Positions 40,379 to 50,760 of a stretch of 64,000 nt of DNA are shown piece by piece. Each line of letters starts with the position of its first letter. The first letter of the stretch is position 1. The stretch is from assembly GCA_963663865.1 (NCBI GenBank), contig OY760686.1, positions 1,088,001 to 1,152,000 on the forward strand, read 5' to 3'. A program made the position numbers and the translations under genes. Source of the DNA: Spirochaetota bacterium. GTDB taxonomy: Bacteria; Spirochaetota; UBA4802; UBA5550. Below the pieces are notes generated by a model. It saw nothing but the letters and a program-made list of their open reading frames with translations. It ran no database searches and was not told the DNA's origin.

Positions 40379-41740
40379 ATGAAAAGCAAAGATCATTCAC
40401 CAAAAACAGTTACGCAAAATTCATGTAAGCTTTGCAATCCTCTTGGTGCGTGCCTCGTGTTCAGAGGGGTAAGGCAGTCTGTCCCGCTTTTGCACGGATC
40501 ACAGGGATGTGCAACATATATCCGCAGGTATATGATAAGTCACTTCAAGGAGCCAATTGATATTGCTTCTTCAAATTTCAGTGAGAATACCGCAATTTTC
40601 GGCGGCAAAGGGAATCTGGGAACAAGTCTTGATAATGTTATATCACAGTACAAACCTGAAATTGTTGGTATTGCTTCAACCTGTCTTTCTGAAACAATTG
40701 GTGAGGACGTGACGATGATATTAAAAGAATACAAAGCAGAGCGAAACAGGGAAGGATGGGTGCTTCCTGAGATTGTTTATGTGTCTGCGCCGAGCTATCA
40801 GGGATCTCACTATGATGGATTTCAGGCTGCCATAACATCACTGATAAATCATTTATCAGAGTGCAGGGAGCCCGGGAAGCATATCACGCTTATACCAGGT
40901 ATGGGATCACCGGCAGATTTAAGATATCTTAAAGAAATAATGCACGATTGGGGAATAGACTGCATAATGATGCCCGACTATTCAGACACTCTTGACGGGA
41001 CTATCTGGCATGATTATGAAATGATTCCGGCAGGCGGGGTCAGCGTAGAAGATATTAAAAGAACCGGAGATTCCGAGGCATCAATTGAATTTTGCAGCTT
41101 TTATGACGGCCCAACTGGAGGCAGTCAGTTGCGAGAGAAATGCGGAGTAAACTGTTACCGCTCCGGATATCCGATAGGGCTTACCAAGACAGATGAATTC
41201 TTTTCAATGCTTGCTGAGATTTCCGACAAAGAAGTACCTGAAAAATATAAAAAGGAAAGAGGCAGACTCGTTGATTCTTATGTCGATTCGCATAAGCATA
41301 TGTTCGGAGTAAGGGTGCTCATTTATGGTGAAGAGGATATGGCGGCATCATTGTGCTCTTTCGTGTGTGAGACCGGAATGATACCAGTTGTAGTCGGAAC
41401 TGGCGGTGACTGTTCCGTCTTTAAACAAACGATCTCCGAGATAACTTCTGAATATGGATGTGAACCGATTGTTGCAGTTAATGCTGATTTCAAGGAATTA
41501 GAGGATTTAGCTGAAGAACACAGGCCTGATGTAATTATTGGAAGCAGCAAGGGATATGCCATGTCCAGACGAATGGGTATCCCATTAATTCGGGTCGGGT
41601 TTCCAATTCATGACAGAGTTGATGGTCCGCGTACCATGCATTTCGGATACCGTGGAACACAGCAGCTATTTGATAGAATTGCAAACGCAGTGATACAAAC
41701 AAAGCAGGATAAGCATGCTGCCGGATACACATATATGTGA
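40379..41740 (+). CDS. nifN: FeMo-co scaffold NifN
   Basis: CKLCNPLGA, HGSQGC, TCLSETIG, GFPIHDR. Confidence 0.92.
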   Translation: MKSKDHSPKTVTQNSCKLCNPLGACLVFRGVRQSVPLLHGSQGCATYIRRYMISHFKEPIDIASSNFSENTAIFGGKGNLGTSLDNVISQYKPEIVGIASTCLSETIGEDVTMILKEYKAERNREGWVLPEIVYVSAPSYQGSHYDGFQAAITSLINHLSECREPGKHITLIPGMGSPADLRYLKEIMHDWGIDCIMMPDYSDTLDGTIWHDYEMIPAGGVSVEDIKRTGDSEASIEFCSFYDGPTGGSQLREKCGVNCYRSGYPIGLTKTDEFFSMLAEISDKEVPEKYKKERGRLVDSYVDSHKHMFGVRVLIYGEEDMAASLCSFVCETGMIPVVVGTGGDCSVFKQTISEITSEYGCEPIVAVNADFKELEDLAEEHRPDVIIGSSKGYAMSRRMGIPLIRVGFPIHDRVDGPRTMHFGYRGTQQLFDRIANAVIQTKQDKHAAGYTYM

Positions 41741-41750
41741 GGTGAATAAT

Positions 41751-43013
41751 ATGGCAATAAATTATGATAATCATCCCTGTTTTAACGATAAAGTCAGGCA
41801 TACCTTTGGAAGAGTGCATCTACCTGTTGCGCCGGCTTGCAATGTACAATGCAATTTCTGTGACAGGAGGTTTGACTGTGTTAATGAGAGCAGACCTGGA
41901 GTTTCAAGCTCAATCCTCGAGCCAAACGAAGCTCTTGAGTATCTTGATCGGATTGTCTATGCAAAAGGGAACATCTCTGTAGTGGGTATCGCCGGCCCGG
42001 GGGACCCTTTTGCGAATTCCGATAAAACGATTACAACAATTGACCTTGTAAGAAAAAAGTACCCTGATATAATACTTTGTGTGGCGACTAACGGTCTGAA
42101 CCTTGATAGCTATGTGGATGAATTGACGTTTTATAACATTAGTCATATTACTGTTACGGTTAATGCTGTAAACCCGTCCATATCAAAAAAAATCTATTCC
42201 TGGATTAGGCCTGGCAAAAAGACCATCCCTGTTGAAGCAGGGGCCTCTATGCTGCTTGAAAGTCAATTGAGATCAATAAGCAGAATGAAGGAAAGGGGGT
42301 TGACGGTTAAAGTCAATACAATAATTATTCCTGGAATTAATGATTTTCATGTTCCTGAGGTAGCGGAGAAAATGTCCCGACTAAAAGTGGATATTTTCAA
42401 TGCCATCCCGCTTTATAATAATCCAGAAAGCGTATTTAAGAATATTCCTGAGCCATCAAAAGAGCTTGTTACCGAGATCAGGGAGAAGTCGTCTGAATTT
42501 ATAAAACAGATGCATCATTGTACGCGCTGTCGAGCTGATGCAGTGGGCCTCCTGGGCGATACAGATACTGTAGATTCATTCTCCCTGATGAAAGAGTCAA
42601 GAATTCGCGATAGTAAACTTTCCGAACGTCCTTATGTTGCCGTTGCAAGTATTGAGGGATTTCTTGTCAGCGCTCACCTTGGTGAGGCAGAAGAGCTTAT
42701 GATTTACAAAAAAATGGGAGAAGATATTGAGCTCGTCGAAAGAAGGAAGACCCCCGCACGAGGGGATGGAGATCTGAGATGGGAGAGACTCGCTGGAATT
42801 CTAAGCGATTGTTCAACCATTATTGTAAACGGTATCGGCGAAAAGCCGAAATCAATTCTGTCGAATAATGGCATTAATGTAATTGTTGCTGAAGGTATGA
42901 TACATGATGCGGTCACAGGAATAATGAACGGAGCGGATATTGCTTTCATGCAAAAGAAAGTCAGAAAAGCATGCGGGGCTGAATGCAGCGGAAATGGAAC
43001 AGGATGTCTTTGA
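41751..43013 (+). CDS. nifB: NifB radical SAM enzyme with C-terminal NifX-like domain
   Basis: HPC, CNVQCNFC, ESRPG, AGPGD, CTRCRADA. Confidence 0.95.
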   Translation: MAINYDNHPCFNDKVRHTFGRVHLPVAPACNVQCNFCDRRFDCVNESRPGVSSSILEPNEALEYLDRIVYAKGNISVVGIAGPGDPFANSDKTITTIDLVRKKYPDIILCVATNGLNLDSYVDELTFYNISHITVTVNAVNPSISKKIYSWIRPGKKTIPVEAGASMLLESQLRSISRMKERGLTVKVNTIIIPGINDFHVPEVAEKMSRLKVDIFNAIPLYNNPESVFKNIPEPSKELVTEIREKSSEFIKQMHHCTRCRADAVGLLGDTDTVDSFSLMKESRIRDSKLSERPYVAVASIEGFLVSAHLGEAEELMIYKKMGEDIELVERRKTPARGDGDLRWERLAGILSDCSTIIVNGIGEKPKSILSNNGINVIVAEGMIHDAVTGIMNGADIAFMQKKVRKACGAECSGNGTGCL

Positions 43014-43047
43014 TTATCATTTGAAGTTATAATATGAGGAGGAAGAA

Positions 43048-43356
43048 ATGGATAGACCAGAACATCATATTTTTGTGTGCGGCAGTTTTAGAACAACCGG
43101 TACACCTCAGGGGGTATGCCAAAAAAAGGGTTCTCTGTCTCTTATTCAGTATCTCGAAAATGAAATAATTGACCGAAGTATGCAGGGAGTATCAGTATCA
43201 AGTACCGGCTGTCTGAAAGCATGCGACAGAGGGCCTGTGATGGTTATTTACCCGCAGAACACCTGGTATGGGAAGGTTGAATCTGAAAGTGTGATTGATG
43301 AAATACTTGATGCTCTTGAAGAAGGCAAAGAGGCAGATAACTATATTCTGAAATAG
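43048..43356 (+). CDS. Thioredoxin-like [2Fe-2S] ferredoxin
   Basis: HIFVC...C...TGCLKACDRGPVMVIYP..WY. Confidence 0.9.
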   Translation: MDRPEHHIFVCGSFRTTGTPQGVCQKKGSLSLIQYLENEIIDRSMQGVSVSSTGCLKACDRGPVMVIYPQNTWYGKVESESVIDEILDALEEGKEADNYILK

Positions 43357-43358
43357 GC

Positions 43359-44273
43359 ATGAACGGAAAAAAAAGATTAATTGTATATGATACCACCCTT
43401 AGGGATGGTGAACAGGCTCCAGGGTTTTCCATGTTCCCTACAGAAAAGCTTGCGTTGTTTCGCAGGCTTTTCGCATCAGGGGTTGACGTGGTTGAGGCAG
43501 GGTTTCCCGCCGCCTCCCCTGATGAAGTAGAATCTGTTTCCCGGATTTGCAGTGAGAGCGGTAACGTTGTTGTTTCAGTGCTTGCCAGATCTGTAGAGTC
43601 TGATATACGCACAGCCTGGAATTCAGTGTGCGGCGCTAACAGGCCAAGGCTCCATGTTATTATTCCGTCTTCCGATATACAGATAGAGCACCAGTTAGGG
43701 AAGACAAGGTCTGATGTAATGAAATCGGCTAAAAAGTCTATGGAGCTTGCCATAAAGCTCTGTGATGATGTACAGTTTTCGGCTATGGATGCGACAAGGG
43801 CTGACAGGATATTTCTTAAGAAACTGTTGGATATGGCGGTTGAAGAAGGAGCAAAAACAATTAATATTTCCGACACGACCGGATATGCTCTTCCAGCTGA
43901 GATAAGCTGTATTATTGAATACTTGAAAAACGAAATGAAAAATGCTGACAGAGTATGTTTTTCAATACACTGTCATAATGATCTGGGGCTGGCGACAGCC
44001 AACACACTCGCAGCTGTTGAAGCTGGAGCCGATCAGGTAGAATGCACACTCGCGGGTATCGGTGAAAGAGCTGGAAACGCCGCGGTTGAGGAATTAATGA
44101 ATATTATTATAAAACACAATGGAAGGTTTAACGTAGAAACTAAAGTTGATTATAACGCCTTAATTGAGGCGTGTAGATATATGTACAAAATGCTGGGGAT
44201 GGAGCTTCCCGCGAATAAGCCTGCCATAGGGAAGTATGTTAATGTAAAGCAAGAGCCATATCGGATGCCCTGA
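43359..44273 (+). CDS. Homocitrate/isopropylmalate synthase-family catalytic barrel (NifV-like), apparently C-terminally short
   Basis: DTTLRDGEQ, HCHNDLG, GIGERAGN; ends just after NKPAIG. Confidence 0.75.
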   Translation: MNGKKRLIVYDTTLRDGEQAPGFSMFPTEKLALFRRLFASGVDVVEAGFPAASPDEVESVSRICSESGNVVVSVLARSVESDIRTAWNSVCGANRPRLHVIIPSSDIQIEHQLGKTRSDVMKSAKKSMELAIKLCDDVQFSAMDATRADRIFLKKLLDMAVEEGAKTINISDTTGYALPAEISCIIEYLKNEMKNADRVCFSIHCHNDLGLATANTLAAVEAGADQVECTLAGIGERAGNAAVEELMNIIIKHNGRFNVETKVDYNALIEACRYMYKMLGMELPANKPAIGKYVNVKQEPYRMP

Positions 44274-44634
44274 TTATCATTGAGATGTTCTGGCCTTCTT
44301 CAAAATTTAGGGTGTCAACAATATCAGTTAGTGTCATGGATTCAATTATTCCTATGGGACTGTTAGCTGATAACGATGACAGGAACCTCCCTCTTGTTAC
44401 AAGGGAGATTATTCCTGGAATGTGGTTTGCGGCTGAGGTTGAGGAACCGGCTATTCTTGTCAGCAGCACGTCTGTTTCCTTGAAAAGCACATAAACCTTT
44501 GTTCCGATCTGGTAATAGTCATCAAGTTCCAGCGTGAGAGTTTTCAGTATTACTTCCCTGCCGCAGCTGACTGACACCAGGCGATGAACTCCATATCGGC
44601 CAATGTTCTTAATATGACCTTCAATTCTATTCAT
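44239..44634 (-). CDS. Tandem TOBE (molybdate-binding) protein
   Basis: Two TOBE-like halves (FKETDV; IRASDM); last gene of the mod operon. Confidence 0.75.
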   Translation of the reverse strand: MNRIEGHIKNIGRYGVHRLVSVSCGREVILKTLTLELDDYYQIGTKVYVLFKETDVLLTRIAGSSTSAANHIPGIISLVTRGRFLSSLSANSPIGIIESMTLTDIVDTLNFEEGQNISMIIRASDMALALH

Positions 44635-45505
44635 TTCTATCCTCCAGCTTCATTATGCCGAGATGAAAGGCTTTGGCTGTTATATGAACTTTTTCACCCT
44701 TTTTGAATTCTGATGCGTCTGAACGAGTTGTTACAAGTTTTAGCGGTTGATTTGAACAGCTGGCTGTAATGGTTGATGAAACATCGTCGTGATTTATGCC
44801 GAGAATAACTCCCGGAAGATAGAGCTTATGACTTGATTCAGGATTTGCGGCAAACTTGGAAGGCTCAGAATCGGAGATAATTCGGCCGCTGTCGATTGTG
44901 ATAACTCTGTCGGCCATTCTGTAAATTTCTTCCAGGTCATGCGAGACCATAATTGTGGTCGTACGGTTTTTTCTGCAAAGCGTTTTTATAGCTTCCTGAA
45001 GCCTGGATCTGTTCGTATGATCGGTTGCGGAAAGGGGTTCGTCCAGCAGTAGAATTCGTGGCCTGGTTGATAGCGACCTGATTAATGCGAGACGTTGTTT
45101 CTGCCCCCCCGACAGTATTGATGGATAACAGTGTGATAGAGAATCCAAACCGGAAAGGCGGAGTAGGTCTTTAATAAAGGAGTCATCTCTACAAGCGTAT
45201 CTCATGTTGCTCAATACAGTCTTTTTTCTGAAAAGAGCATAGTCCTGAAAGACGAAGCCGGTTTTTCGTTTATAGGGAGGGATATTTATCTTTACGGAGG
45301 AGTCGAACCAAATTTCATCGGAACATACAATGCTTCCGGAATCAGGCGTGGCAAGACCGGCAATGCATCTCATAAACGATGTTTTTCCGCTTCCCGAAGG
45401 TCCGGTTAGAACATTAAAGCTGTTTTCTTCAAGATCCAAACAAATGTCAAGATCTCCTGTTCTGTCGGCAAAATTCAGTTTTTTTGTAACGCGGACTTTA
45501 AGCAT
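44627..45505 (-). CDS. modC: Molybdate ABC transporter ATPase
   Basis: GPSGSGKT, FQDYALF, LSGGQ, LLLDEP; TOBE-like tail. Confidence 0.9.
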   Translation of the reverse strand: MLKVRVTKKLNFADRTGDLDICLDLEENSFNVLTGPSGSGKTSFMRCIAGLATPDSGSIVCSDEIWFDSSVKINIPPYKRKTGFVFQDYALFRKKTVLSNMRYACRDDSFIKDLLRLSGLDSLSHCYPSILSGGQKQRLALIRSLSTRPRILLLDEPLSATDHTNRSRLQEAIKTLCRKNRTTTIMVSHDLEEIYRMADRVITIDSGRIISDSEPSKFAANPESSHKLYLPGVILGINHDDVSSTITASCSNQPLKLVTTRSDASEFKKGEKVHITAKAFHLGIMKLEDRNE

Positions 45506-46175
45506 GACTGTTGCCTTTGTTCCTGTTCATAATGTTGATGAGGAAAAGAAAAATAATACTCAGTGTTACAAGAGTTAAAGAATAGATATTTGCTGTGTAA
45601 AAGTCAGCCTGTTCTACGCTTTCGTAGATTGCTATTGAAGCAACTCTGGTAACTCCAGGGATGGCTCCGCCGACCATAAGTATAACGCCAAATTCTCCGA
45701 GAGTGTGCATGAATGTCATCACTACGCCTGTTAAAAGAAATGGCTTAAGCTCCGGAAGTACTATACTCCAAAAGGTTATCATCCTCCCCCTGCCCAGAGT
45801 GTAGGATGCTTCAATGCTGCTGCGGTTGATTGACTGGAAGCCGTTTTTAAGCGGCTGAACCATAAATGGCAAAGAGTGAATGCAGGAGGCGAGAACTATT
45901 CCCTTAAAAGAAAAGACAAATGATATATCAAGATGATCCTGTAAAAATTGACCAAGAGAAAAGCGCGGAGAAAAAAGCATCAGAAAGTAAAATCCGAGGA
46001 CTGTTGGAGGAAGAACCATTGGTAGAGTGATTAGAGCTTCGATAATATTTCCGAAAATTCCTTTACTGTTTGAAAGCAGGTAGCCTAAGGGGAAGGCAAC
46101 AATCAGAAGAAGCAAGGTTACTGAGAGGCCCATGAGACCAGAGATAATGAAGGGGGAAGCGTCAAAGCTAATCAT
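45498..46175 (-). CDS. modB: Molybdate ABC permease
   Basis: LPMVLPPTVLG, EAS..LG, GEFG. Confidence 0.93.
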   Translation of the reverse strand: MISFDASPFIISGLMGLSVTLLLLIVAFPLGYLLSNSKGIFGNIIEALITLPMVLPPTVLGFYFLMLFSPRFSLGQFLQDHLDISFVFSFKGIVLASCIHSLPFMVQPLKNGFQSINRSSIEASYTLGRGRMITFWSIVLPELKPFLLTGVVMTFMHTLGEFGVILMVGGAIPGVTRVASIAIYESVEQADFYTANIYSLTLVTLSIIFLFLINIMNRNKGNSHA

Positions 46176-46923
46176 AACCGTATTCCTTCAGAATATATCT
46201 CGCTTCAGCTGAAAGCATGTATTTATAAAAAGAGGATGCCTGCTCCGGGAACCGGCTTCTTTTTAGTAATACCATAGACTGTTTAAGAGGGATGTGTTGA
46301 GATTTTGGAACCTCAATCCAATATTTGCCTTTAACATCGTATTTTCTAATATCCTTATTGTAGAGAGATGACATGGCGATAAAAGCGGCATCGGCCGCGC
46401 TGATGCCCATCTGCAGTGAACCTGATACTGTTTCAGAAAAAACAAGTCTGCCCCTGAGTTTATGATAAAGATTATTATGCTTCAAAACCTCAACGGAGGC
46501 TTTACCGTATGGAGCCACTTCGGGATTAGCGATTGCGACCTTCCTGAAGGATTGATTTAGAAGGCAGTCGATTTTACTGTGCGGCTTAAATGACCTGACA
46601 CAAAAAAGTACGAGACGGCCTTCGGCGTAGACTGCTGGTTCTGACAATGTCATACCGGCTTTTTCTAATTGTTCCGGGAAGTTGGTATCAGCTGACATGA
46701 ACAGGTCGAAGGGGGCCCCGTTCATAATCTGAGAGAAAAGCTTTCTGCTGGATCCGCTTATGAAGGATACTGTTATATCGGGATGCTTAGCTTCAAAGCT
46801 TTTTTTTATACTGACCGAAGGATTGGACATGTTAGACGCCATCGCGACTCTTATCTCCGCCGGCCGGGCAGCAGTGGGTATCAGAAAAAGTATTATACCT
46901 GCGGTTATTATTAATGATCTCAT
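46168..46923 (-). CDS. modA: Molybdate-binding periplasmic protein
   Basis: ASN, GSS.KL..QI.NGAPFDLFMSAD, ANP..APYG. Confidence 0.92.
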   Translation of the reverse strand: MRSLIITAGIILFLIPTAARPAEIRVAMASNMSNPSVSIKKSFEAKHPDITVSFISGSSRKLFSQIMNGAPFDLFMSADTNFPEQLEKAGMTLSEPAVYAEGRLVLFCVRSFKPHSKIDCLLNQSFRKVAIANPEVAPYGKASVEVLKHNNLYHKLRGRLVFSETVSGSLQMGISAADAAFIAMSSLYNKDIRKYDVKGKYWIEVPKSQHIPLKQSMVLLKRSRFPEQASSFYKYMLSAEARYILKEYGYD

Positions 46924-47049
46924 AATTATTCAACCTCACCAGCATAATGTCAAATAATTGTATTCATCTGTCAAAGCGATAATTCTGAATTTACTCTAAT
47001 TTAACAGGCATGTAACAGTAGATTGATAAGAGACTGTGGAGGGTGCAAT

Positions 47050-47105
47050 AAAAAAGGCCGAACCCTGAGGTTTCTTAAAACAGACTTGCCTCAGTGGAAC
47101 GACCT
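47050..47105 (-). terminator. Intrinsic terminator after flgE
   Basis: Minus strand: AGGTCG..CTGAGG/CCTCAG..CGGCCT stem followed by a T tract. Confidence 0.65.
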
Positions 47106-47146
47106 CTCATTAAAACAGGCGTTATTAAGTTGATAAGAACTAATAT

Positions 47147-48520
47147 CTATCGTTTCAGATTTATCAGCTCCTGAAGCATCTGGTCAGACGTAGTTATTGT
47201 CCTGGAGTTTGCCTGAAAGCCTCTCTGTGTTACGATCATGTCGGTGAACTGGTCTGAGAGGTCAACGTTGGACATCTCAAGAGCGCCCGCGATGATTTTT
47301 CCCCGGCCGGCCTGGCCCGCAGATCCAATGTTTTCCATACCGGAGTTGTTTGAGACCTCAAAGAGGTTCTCGCCGCTCGCGGTAAGCCCCTGCGGGTTGG
47401 TGAATACGGCTGTGGCAACCTGGCCGACAATCTGCTTTGTGCCGTTGGAATATACACCTGTTATCATACCCGAGTTGTCAATGTTGAATGATTCCATATA
47501 TCCCATACTGAATCCGTCCTGTTCGACCGCTTTGGTAGTCGATTGGGATGAGAACTGGGTTATGCCTTCAACAAGCCCTGCGTTGCCGAGGTTCAGCGAT
47601 ATCGTTCGTACATTGGGATCCCCTTCGAGTCTGAAGCTCGCGTTTGCGAGAAGGCGTCCCTGGTTGATCTCATCCGGAGTTCCCGCGTCGCCAGCAGAAA
47701 TCAGCCTTCCGTCAGGGCTGAACCTGAGGTTTATGCGGTTAGATGGGTTGGAGTTATTATCCTGGCCGCCGGTTGAAGGAACATCGAGTGTCATGGCTCC
47801 CTGCGCTCCTGAAACGGCAGCAGAGGCTGTCCACTGATTAGCGTCCGTTTTCCAGAATGTCATTGTAAGACGGCGGTGCTCGCCCTGATTGTCGTAAACA
47901 TCTATGTTGGTTGTGACACCGGCAGATGCTCTCATTCTGTCGGTAGCGTTAGGCGGAACTATCGGGCTTCTTGAGTCAAGGTTGCACTGATACCGCACGT
48001 TTGAGGTCTCTCGTGCCTCGGTTTTCTTGTATACCGGAATGACCAGGTCTTCGACAGTGCCGCTCGGGTTGACTGACATCATTCCTGATTCATCACGTGT
48101 GGCCATCCAGCCCTGTACCTTCAGTCCGTTGCCCGGATTTACGAGAGTACCGTCCTTATCGAGTCCGAAAGCTCCTGCCCTCGAATAGTACTGTTTCTCT
48201 CCGTCAGCCACAACAAAGAAGCCGTCGCCTGATATGGCAAGGTCTGTCTGGTTGCCTGTGGTCTGAAGGCTTCCCTGCGTGAATATTCGGTCTATAGAAG
48301 CTATTGTCATGCCGAGTCCAACCTGTTTCGGGTTAACTCCTCCGCGGTTCTCTTCGGGCTTGGCAGCGCCGGAAATGGTTTGAGAAAGCATGTCCTGAAA
48401 AGAGACCCTGCTTGCTTTGAAACCTGTGGTGTTGACGTTGGATATATTGTTACCTACAACGTCCATTCTTGTCTGATGATTTTTCAGGCCTGAAACACCC
48501 GAGAACAGTGAACGCATCAT
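47147..48520 (-). CDS. flgE: Flagellar hook protein
   Basis: MRSLFSGVSGL, NNISNVNTTGFK, LEMSNVDL, QRGFQANSR. Confidence 0.97.
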   Translation of the reverse strand: MMRSLFSGVSGLKNHQTRMDVVGNNISNVNTTGFKASRVSFQDMLSQTISGAAKPEENRGGVNPKQVGLGMTIASIDRIFTQGSLQTTGNQTDLAISGDGFFVVADGEKQYYSRAGAFGLDKDGTLVNPGNGLKVQGWMATRDESGMMSVNPSGTVEDLVIPVYKKTEARETSNVRYQCNLDSRSPIVPPNATDRMRASAGVTTNIDVYDNQGEHRRLTMTFWKTDANQWTASAAVSGAQGAMTLDVPSTGGQDNNSNPSNRINLRFSPDGRLISAGDAGTPDEINQGRLLANASFRLEGDPNVRTISLNLGNAGLVEGITQFSSQSTTKAVEQDGFSMGYMESFNIDNSGMITGVYSNGTKQIVGQVATAVFTNPQGLTASGENLFEVSNNSGMENIGSAGQAGRGKIIAGALEMSNVDLSDQFTDMIVTQRGFQANSRTITTSDQMLQELINLKR

Positions 48521-48587
48521 AATGGCAAATCCCCTTGAATAAAATCTGTAGTATTAGTATCGTTTGAAAAGCTATTTATCATTATCA

Positions 48588-49085
48588 TTAATTGCCGTTC
48601 AGACCCGAAGCTGCGGCACCGGATATGAATTTTTTCTCCTCCGGCTGATGAATGGCCTTGACGCTGTTAAGGTCAATTTCATGTCCATTTACATTCAGCC
48701 TTACCTCATTCTCGGCGAAAAATACGGACTGGACTCTGCCTTTTACGACTTCACCGTTGAGAGGGTTGACCGCCTCAATATCTTTGCCCAACAGAGCGGA
48801 TGCCTTCATTGATTCGGAGCTGGTATAGAGTGACTTAACCTCTTTGTTGAGATTGCTCATCTGTTCAAGCGACGAGAATTGGGCCATCTGTGCGATGAAC
48901 TGCTGGTCTTCCATCGGCTTGGTGGGGTCCTGGTGTTTCAACTGGGTTACAAGGAGTTTAAGAAAGGAATCCTTACCCAGATTGGTTTTTTCGCCCTCAA
49001 AGTTAACGCCGATTTTTTTATTAGCGGAGCTTACCTGAAGCTTTGCCCTGTTGACTTCTGCCGCTGACATTGTAAGATTTTCCAT
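48588..49085 (-). CDS. flgD: Flagellar hook capping protein
   Basis: FLKLLVTQLKHQDP..P..D..FIAQMAQFSSLEQ. Confidence 0.95.
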   Translation of the reverse strand: MENLTMSAAEVNRAKLQVSSANKKIGVNFEGEKTNLGKDSFLKLLVTQLKHQDPTKPMEDQQFIAQMAQFSSLEQMSNLNKEVKSLYTSSESMKASALLGKDIEAVNPLNGEVVKGRVQSVFFAENEVRLNVNGHEIDLNSVKAIHQPEEKKFISGAAASGLNGN

Positions 49086-49093
49086 ATTATCTC

Positions 49094-50467
49094 CTATATG
49101 ACCATGTTGATTGAGCCGTTGTGAACAGCTGCTGAATTTATTTCGTAAACACCTGCAGCTTCAATTTCCATTGACCTGCCTTTCATGTGTTGATAATTAA
49201 CATGTTCCTGTTCAGACTTTTTGTTCTCGCCTCTCACATTGACCTGAAAAGCGCCCACTGAAAGACCGGAGCTTTCAAGCTGGGCTTTTATATGAGCGAG
49301 GTTTTCCATGAGAAGCGTTCTGGCTTCCTGTGTCTCGACGAGGAAGCGCCCGTTTACGACACCCTGGTCCAGGGCGAGGTTCATGCTCACACTGCCCAGT
49401 TCCTTAGGGTTCAGCCTTATCTGAAAATTGGCATTTTTCCCGTCCCTGACCTGGACTTTCCCTTTTTCAACAAGCTCGTTGATCTGCTCCCTGAACGGGC
49501 TGCTCTGTCTGAAACTGCTGCTCCGGGCATCCTGTCCGCTCTGTGCTTCCTTCACGCTTTCGCTGATCGAATGGCTGCGGGTTTCCAGATTGAAGCTTTC
49601 CTGTCTTCTCTGCTCGCCGTTCTCAGGCTTGAAAAACTCCTGTGCCGTTACCCTGTTCTCCTTCACTGCTTCAGCGGGCTTTTCCGGCTCAGCGGAAGAA
49701 AGTTTGCCTTTTTCAACAGCGCCGGATTTCTTTTTCCCGTCCTCTTTCCTGTCCAGCTCGCGGACTTTCTTTTCGAGGTCCTTTATCATTCCCGAAAAGG
49801 CAGGGTCGGCTGGTGAAAAGCTTGTGTCCTTTTTTTGCTTTGTGTCTCCGGCAGCAGCGATAAGATCAACGTCTTTTGATGGGCGGCCGTTGCGGGCAGC
49901 TGGTTTTGACTCGTTATCCGGGTCAATATCCCCCTCAATAACTTTGGTTGCTGTGACCGTGAGCGCTGCGGCATTTTCGGTATCTATTTTTTGGGGGTGG
50001 ATATCGGCCTTTTGATTTGTGCCGTTTTTATCTGTTTCTGCTGCGGCTTTCTTGACCGTCTCAGCCTTTTTTTTACCGTCAGCGCGGAGGGGGGGGGCAG
50101 CTGTGGTCTGCTCTTTGCAGGCCTTGTCGGGACTTTCAGCAACTTTCTCCTTTTCCTGCTTTGAATCAGGCGTTTCGTCCTTTTTTTTCGCGGACTTTTC
50201 TGTCCGGGACTGGTTTTCTTCGCAGCTTTTTGCGCTGGCCGATTCGGGCTTCCTGTCGGTGCTTTCCGTGTCGCGGCGGGCTTCGCCGGGCTTATCCGAG
50301 TGGTTGAGAGAGGCTTTGTCGTCGCGCTGTTCAGACGGGCGCTCATCGTTTATGCGTCTGGTAAGCATATCCTCAAAAGAGGGGGCGTTTCCGGGCGTTT
50401 TAACAGGAGACTGGGGGAGCATATTTTCATTTACGCTCTGTAGTCTCATTGCAGAGATATCAATCAT
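49094..50467 (-). CDS. fliK: Flagellar hook-length control protein
   Basis: Low-complexity N-terminus, C-terminal IRLNPKELG domain; directly upstream of flgD. Confidence 0.88.
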   Translation of the reverse strand: MIDISAMRLQSVNENMLPQSPVKTPGNAPSFEDMLTRRINDERPSEQRDDKASLNHSDKPGEARRDTESTDRKPESASAKSCEENQSRTEKSAKKKDETPDSKQEKEKVAESPDKACKEQTTAAPPLRADGKKKAETVKKAAAETDKNGTNQKADIHPQKIDTENAAALTVTATKVIEGDIDPDNESKPAARNGRPSKDVDLIAAAGDTKQKKDTSFSPADPAFSGMIKDLEKKVRELDRKEDGKKKSGAVEKGKLSSAEPEKPAEAVKENRVTAQEFFKPENGEQRRQESFNLETRSHSISESVKEAQSGQDARSSSFRQSSPFREQINELVEKGKVQVRDGKNANFQIRLNPKELGSVSMNLALDQGVVNGRFLVETQEARTLLMENLAHIKAQLESSGLSVGAFQVNVRGENKKSEQEHVNYQHMKGRSMEIEAAGVYEINSAAVHNGSINMVI

Positions 50468-50760
50468 AACCTTACCTTGGTGGTGATATACAGCTAATAT
50501 CGAATGGAAACTGATTTTCCTGAATTGATATTTTTTTCTTGCGCGGGTGGACACGCTGATTATATATGACTAAATTGATAGAGATTCTTGAGAATGACTT
50601 GTCAGGTAATACTTTATTGCCGGACGAGGGATTTTCAGGTGTTCGCTATTGAAATATTGCGGCGATTGTAAAATAGTGGAAGTCAGGCTGAAGCTGTTTT
50701 ATAATACATTGACAAATATATGCGTTTGAAAAAGCCTGAAAAAACAGGCTGGAGGTTTCT

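Noticed and set aside
41715-41751. NifN-NifB fusion or frameshift
   Set aside because: nifN has a stop at 41740 and nifB has its own GAGGTG RBS and ATG at 41751.
47050-47105. Moco riboswitch upstream of modA
   Set aside because: Single hairpin with a T tract just after the flgE stop; better explained as a terminator.
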